From an uncultured virus (IMG/VR IMGVR_UViG_3300002140_000088) (Duplodnaviria > Heunggongvirae > Uroviricota > Caudoviricetes), in IMG/VR virus record IMGVR_UViG_3300002140_000088: 64,000 nucleotides of DNA. One strand, 5' to 3'. Position 1 is the stretch's first letter. Each line of letters opens with the position of its first letter. Positions 59,680-64,000 of this stretch are shown here, in pieces. Both the position numbers and the translations under genes were made by a program. The notes under the pieces were generated by a model. It was given only the letters and a program-made list of their open reading frames with translations. It ran no database searches and was not told the origin of the DNA.

Positions 59680-60122
59680 ACGTCAAACTCCTGATTCTCT
59701 GACTTTCTCAGGATAAGCTTATAGTAATCTACTGTGCCAAATGGATTTATGAATGGCTCTTGTGTAGCTATTTCAAATAATGTAGATTGTCCATTTCTTG
59801 GACCACTTGTTTCTGTATAAATTTCGTTACACTGTCTATCTCTAATGTTGGTCACAACAATATTTGTTAGTGCAAAGTTTTCTTCAAATGATCCATGCCT
59901 GATATCTTCCCTGACTCTTCCAGACAAAATAATATCTTCTACAATAACTATGTTTATTTTAACTTCTTCTTTTGTTGCAGTGCCAGCATAAACAAAGTTG
60001 CCAGCAATGGTTCTATCATAAGTCCACATCTTAGAGATATTGCCATAAGCACTCTGTTCTATGATTGGATAAAAAATATCCGCTTGCATTGGGAAACGAA
60101 AATCTTTAGTATCGCAACTCAT
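59676..60122 (-). CDS. head-tail stopper (putative)
   Basis: Beta-rich 148 aa following the adaptor. Confidence 0.55.
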   Translation of the reverse strand: MSCDTKDFRFPMQADIFYPIIEQSAYGNISKMWTYDRTIAGNFVYAGTATKEEVKINIVIVEDIILSGRVREDIRHGSFEENFALTNIVVTNIRDRQCNEIYTETSGPRNGQSTLFEIATQEPFINPFGTVDYYKLILRKSENQEFDV

Positions 60123-61000
60123 TACAATACTCCTGGAGTTCCGTAATACCTCGCATAGTTAGAAAGAATCTTATCAACAATAAGATTGCCTGTGCCAGAC
60201 AATGCCTGCTGTGCCATCTGCACCTTAAACTGATCTGTATTGTAACTAGTAATATATCTTTGGTAGTAGTCCATTTTTCCGCAAGAAATATCGTCTACCA
60301 AAAGCTCAGTGGCTTTAACAATATTTGATGGAATGCTAGTATATCCGTGTGTTACTAAAATTTTATAGTCAAATGTTTTTGGGAAGCCACGATAGGAGTA
60401 TTTAGTATCCATAATATCAGAAGCAGAAGCTGGAAAGACATTCAGGGCACCCTCTAACCTATTAATCATTCCTGTGCTATTCTCCATAATGGCTGTCTTA
60501 TCGCTTGTCAAAGAATATGACGTTACGTAGTCTTCTGGGTTAGCGGCATCATAAAGAAGAACATTGTTTTCGTATAACTTTAAAACTTTGTTTACCCTCT
60601 GCCATACTGGAATATAATCAGCACCAAGACCGATAGTTTCAATAAACCTTTTACGGTAATAGAATCCTTCGGATATTACAGAATCAATCATAGCTCTTGC
60701 AAGCTCTTCATACCCCTTGTACTCTTCAATATCAGATGCAGTACTAGCCTTAGTCGTTGGATCAACGTATGGCCTAACAACTGTGAAGTAGTGTTCATCA
60801 CCATCAACGGTAACAGTATAAGAGCTGTCATATTCTGAAGGCAGTGTAATAAGTAATTTACCTGCAGATGTTGAGGTAGCTGTACCTTCGGTCACCGAAT
60901 GATCTACATCATCAAGAATACTGTAGTCATATTCTGTAGATGCTGCAAGACCAGTGATGGAAGCAGTTGTTGCTAGTGAAGGTACTCTTAGGATATCCAT
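60122..61000 (-). CDS. head-tail adaptor with N-terminal extra domain
   Basis: ARAMIDS...GY..IP..IVKAT..L...GTGNLIVDKILSNY. Confidence 0.7.
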   Translation of the reverse strand: MDILRVPSLATTASITGLAASTEYDYSILDDVDHSVTEGTATSTSAGKLLITLPSEYDSSYTVTVDGDEHYFTVVRPYVDPTTKASTASDIEEYKGYEELARAMIDSVISEGFYYRKRFIETIGLGADYIPVWQRVNKVLKLYENNVLLYDAANPEDYVTSYSLTSDKTAIMENSTGMINRLEGALNVFPASASDIMDTKYSYRGFPKTFDYKILVTHGYTSIPSNIVKATELLVDDISCGKMDYYQRYITSYNTDQFKVQMAQQALSGTGNLIVDKILSNYARYYGTPGVL

Positions 61001-61001
61001 G

Positions 61002-61325
61002 CTATAGACCAAACTCCTCGGCTATTTCTTGTGGTGTAGCTTCTCTTACATGATCACGTTCTAACCACTTGTCTAAAGTATTCTTTGGAATAATGTTATA
61101 TCCTTTAGATACCTTTCCAACTCCTGGTAAAGATACGCTTTTGCTGGAGAATATTGCTACCTTCTCATACTCTGCTTTAACCTTTACTTCTTTTTCTGTA
61201 TTATTTTTTATATTTTTTTGAGCAATAGTTCCTGTTCCTATTACTCCATTTTTTACATCAGCAATAGCTTTTGTATTATTTTGAAAGTTTTTTGGAACTG
61301 GATTTTTAATTACGTTGTCTGTCAT
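61002..61325 (-). CDS. hypothetical virion-associated protein
   Basis: KGYNII...W...VREATPQEIA; follows the MCP terminator with its own TGATATAAT and SD. Confidence 0.65.
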   Translation of the reverse strand: MTDNVIKNPVPKNFQNNTKAIADVKNGVIGTGTIAQKNIKNNTEKEVKVKAEYEKVAIFSSKSVSLPGVGKVSKGYNIIPKNTLDKWLERDHVREATPQEIAEEFGL

Positions 61326-61358
61326 TTTTCCTCCTAACTAATTATATCAGCAAATTAG

Positions 61359-61389
61359 AAAAGGGGGCAGAGGTTTCCCCCTGCCCCCT
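61359..61389 (-). terminator. intrinsic terminator after the major capsid gene
   Basis: AGGGGGCAG...CTGCCCCCT-TTT. Confidence 0.8.
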
Positions 61390-61410
61390 AATCGGGTTAT
61401 TTAGTTAGAA

Positions 61411-62493
61411 TTAGCTGTCAGCTGGTGCATCAACCCATGCAACGGCGTCTTCCTCTTCCCACTGAATACCAAAACGTACGAATACGGTGTACTCAATGGT
61501 GTCTTTCTTGGCAACATATTCACGGTTAACCGTGATGTCACGCTGGAAGCCCCAAATACGGTTAGATGGGAATGTAAGGTCTACATAGCCATCTGGGTAG
61601 TAAGGAACCTCCATGACGGGGATGCCAAGGATACGAGTGGTACGTGCTTCACCAATAACTTGGTCAGTACCAGCAAGGTAGGTGTTACGGTAGTTTTCAG
61701 TCCAGATGTTGGAGCTGTCCGTTCCGTTAGCCTTTACGATGCCTGCAAACGTGTCAGTTCCTGCATAGAACTTAAGACCAGTCTTCAAGGCACGGTACTT
61801 GCGTGGCAAAGAGCTAATTACACCCTGCATAATTTCAGGGGTAAATGCGTTACCAGATACTGTAGCAACATACTCGTGAGCATCGCCATTGGTTGTGGTC
61901 TGGTTAACAAAACCCTCCATGATGGAGAGGAATGAACCAGTTGAACCGTCACCATTAATGGCGAGGTCTTCGATGTCATTTGCAAAAGCATTTGTCATCA
62001 ATCGGACCAAGTGATCCTCTAGACCAGCACCTTCGACGTTGTCTTCAAGTGCTTCTGCTGAGACCTCCCAGTCAAGACGGATCTTCTTTGTAGTAAGCTC
62101 CACCTTGCTGAATGTAGCTCCAGCGTTTGTGTATGTTGCATCAGCTTGATTGGCTGCACGAATTACTCGCTCACCAACATTGACTTTTTCGAGTTCCATG
62201 GTGTTTGCACGCATGGTAACACGACGACCATCTTTAGCGAGAACAGTCCCGTCCCAGACGTAGTCGATAAAACGACGTGCCTGTTCAGGACGTAGGATTC
62301 CACTGCCTGCGTCACCTGAAGGGTTTACGGCATTAGGACCAGTTGTCAAGCCAAATTCGGCTGTAGCAATGTTTCCCAAGGTGCTTGCACCAGGACTAGA
62401 AACATCACCAATGCCTCCAGATGCGAATGCGCCTTCGCCGTTTGTTTCGTTAGCGCCAGCTCCTGGATAGTTTTTGATAATCTCTTCCGACAT
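61411..62493 (-). CDS. major capsid protein (HK97 fold)
   Basis: GILRPEQARRFI, EALEDNVEG, ANDIEDLAINGDG; strong SD and terminator. Confidence 0.92.
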   Translation of the reverse strand: MSEEIIKNYPGAGANETNGEGAFASGGIGDVSSPGASTLGNIATAEFGLTTGPNAVNPSGDAGSGILRPEQARRFIDYVWDGTVLAKDGRRVTMRANTMELEKVNVGERVIRAANQADATYTNAGATFSKVELTTKKIRLDWEVSAEALEDNVEGAGLEDHLVRLMTNAFANDIEDLAINGDGSTGSFLSIMEGFVNQTTTNGDAHEYVATVSGNAFTPEIMQGVISSLPRKYRALKTGLKFYAGTDTFAGIVKANGTDSSNIWTENYRNTYLAGTDQVIGEARTTRILGIPVMEVPYYPDGYVDLTFPSNRIWGFQRDITVNREYVAKKDTIEYTVFVRFGIQWEEEDAVAWVDAPADS

Positions 62494-62517
62494 TTTGTCA
62501 CCTCCTAAGTGATTTTT

Positions 62518-63810
62518 TTATTTAAATAGATCGGCAGTTTTGAGGAAACGTCCGCCCCATAGGGATTTTTGAACCATCTCTGGCTCATCCTGTACGATCT
62601 CGCCTAGATCGCCAGACTTGCGGAAAGCGGTATCTGCCTCAACAGCATCAACCCTCTTTCCAAACTCTTCTTTTGTCTCAGCAACTTGTGCTTTGACTGA
62701 GTCGAGTGATTTATTTAGTTCTGAAACCTGCTCGTGTAGAGACTTTACGGTTTCTGCTAGATCGCTAAAGGCTGATGTGATAGTATTCTTAATTTCAGAA
62801 ACAACATTATCTGTAGTGTCTGACTTAGATACCTCGTCAACTTCTACAGCCTCTTCGACTGCTTCAGCATCAACTGGGGTAGCCTCTTCGGCTACCTCTT
62901 CAACGTTGTCAGACTTTTCGACATCGACTTCTACCCCAGTCTCTTCTGTTCCAACAACCTCTTCAGTTTCGGCATCTGCCTCTGGAGCGACCTCTACTTC
63001 TTCAACAACCTCATCAGATTTCTCTACAAGGTCTTTCGTTGCGTTAGTCATAGGACTTACCTCCTTTGTTATCTTAACTGTATTAATGCCTTTAGCACTA
63101 TCAATTAAGAACTTTATCATGTCTGCTTTTTCTTTATCTGATTTTTCAACAAATCCAATGTTTTCCATTACATCACCAGATACTGGGCTAACCTCTGATT
63201 CGTTCTCTGAAAGAACCACTAGGTCAGAAGCTGCATCCCAAAATACATTTTCTAAAACTGTATCTGAATCGATACCAGTAATAACATCAACGCCATCAAT
63301 CTTTTCGACAGAAAGAATGCTTGCAAACTGATTTGCTGGGGAATCAACCAAAGATAGTTCAATCAGATCGTACTGCTTGATAACACGAATCTCGTGCTCC
63401 ATCTTCTCATCATATGCGTCATCCCACTTTAGCATTTTACCACCAATAGAGAATCCTGTATATGTTCCGTCAATAACCTTTTCCCATGCATCCTGTGCAC
63501 CCTTGGAAACATATGCAGATACATATACACCACGGTAGAATTTCTTTGTTTCTGGATCAAAGTATTTATCTTCTTTGAAATCTACCATTTTGCCAATAGC
63601 TGTTGGCTGGTGCATTTCACGAATATTACCACGGAATTTTGTAAAAGCTTCCATGCTGGCTTCTGCCGTAACAATATCATTTTGCTTATCCACGTTATCC
63701 AAGGTGGCAAAGCCAGAGACGATACGCCTCTCTTGATCAACTTTTGTGAATGGCATAGACAGGCGAACGGTATCGCCTTCAGTATCCCAGTGTGCTTTAA
63801 AAATAGTCAT
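62518..63810 (-). CDS. prohead protease with C-terminal scaffold region
   Basis: IVSGFAT...REMH...TGFSIGG...ELSLVDSPAN, then an acidic coiled coil. Confidence 0.9.
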   Translation of the reverse strand: MTIFKAHWDTEGDTVRLSMPFTKVDQERRIVSGFATLDNVDKQNDIVTAEASMEAFTKFRGNIREMHQPTAIGKMVDFKEDKYFDPETKKFYRGVYVSAYVSKGAQDAWEKVIDGTYTGFSIGGKMLKWDDAYDEKMEHEIRVIKQYDLIELSLVDSPANQFASILSVEKIDGVDVITGIDSDTVLENVFWDAASDLVVLSENESEVSPVSGDVMENIGFVEKSDKEKADMIKFLIDSAKGINTVKITKEVSPMTNATKDLVEKSDEVVEEVEVAPEADAETEEVVGTEETGVEVDVEKSDNVEEVAEEATPVDAEAVEEAVEVDEVSKSDTTDNVVSEIKNTITSAFSDLAETVKSLHEQVSELNKSLDSVKAQVAETKEEFGKRVDAVEADTAFRKSGDLGEIVQDEPEMVQKSLWGGRFLKTADLFK

Positions 63811-63857
63811 ACTCCCTCAATTATACAACCTTTTTTGAATAATGTTAATTATTCAAA

Positions 63858-64000
63858 CTATCGTGTTGCTTGTCCTTCACCTTGTGCATTTCTGCCGTCA
63901 ATTGTTGCAGGACTGTCTGCCTGGTTATTTGATCTTTCGGCATCTCTCTGCCTATTTCTATCAGTATTAGCTCTCATGTCTGTAGCTTGACGTGAAGACA
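63858..64000 (-). CDS. C-terminal fragment of a probable portal protein (truncated by the window)
   Basis: Open frame ...RDAERSNNQADSPATIDGRNAQGEGQATR* upstream of the protease; assigned by synteny only. Confidence 0.55.
   Translation of the reverse strand, partial: SSRQATDMRANTDRNRQRDAERSNNQADSPATIDGRNAQGEGQATR

Noticed and set aside
62618..63331. 237-aa Ser/Thr-rich plus-strand ORF and similar antisense ORFs in nrd, dnaE and TMP
   Set aside because: Antisense shadows caused by codon bias of the real minus-strand genes

Overview
This 64-kb window is part of a large, AT-rich tailed dsDNA phage, most likely a siphovirus with a long tape measure. The host is probably an actinobacterium, based on WhiB, class Ib NrdHIEF, ThyX, an r1t-type holin, an M23 endolysin and many apparently leaderless genes. 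From left to right it holds: (1) 1-7.9 kb, small early-type genes, HNH/EndoVII nucleases and a structured non-coding island with DnaA-box-like and 10-bp-phased repeats; (2) 7.9-12.3 kb, five glycosyltransferases; (3) about 12.4 kb, a candidate structured small RNA with its own promoter; (4) 12.5-38.7 kb on the minus strand, WhiB, lysis genes, nucleotide metabolism, six tRNAs, terminase, recombination and a DnaE/DnaG/DnaB replisome; (5) 38.7-64 kb on the minus strand, tail and head morphogenesis genes ending in a probable portal fragment. The most notable observations are: the usual frameshifted G/GT tail chaperone appears replaced by two paralogous genes with separate promoters; the 83-nt three-way-junction RNA candidate; the glycosyltransferase island; an atypical C1-G72 tRNA-Tyr; and a recurring '-10 box + 6 nt + start' leaderless architecture. 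All calls come from motif recognition by eye; no database searches were run.
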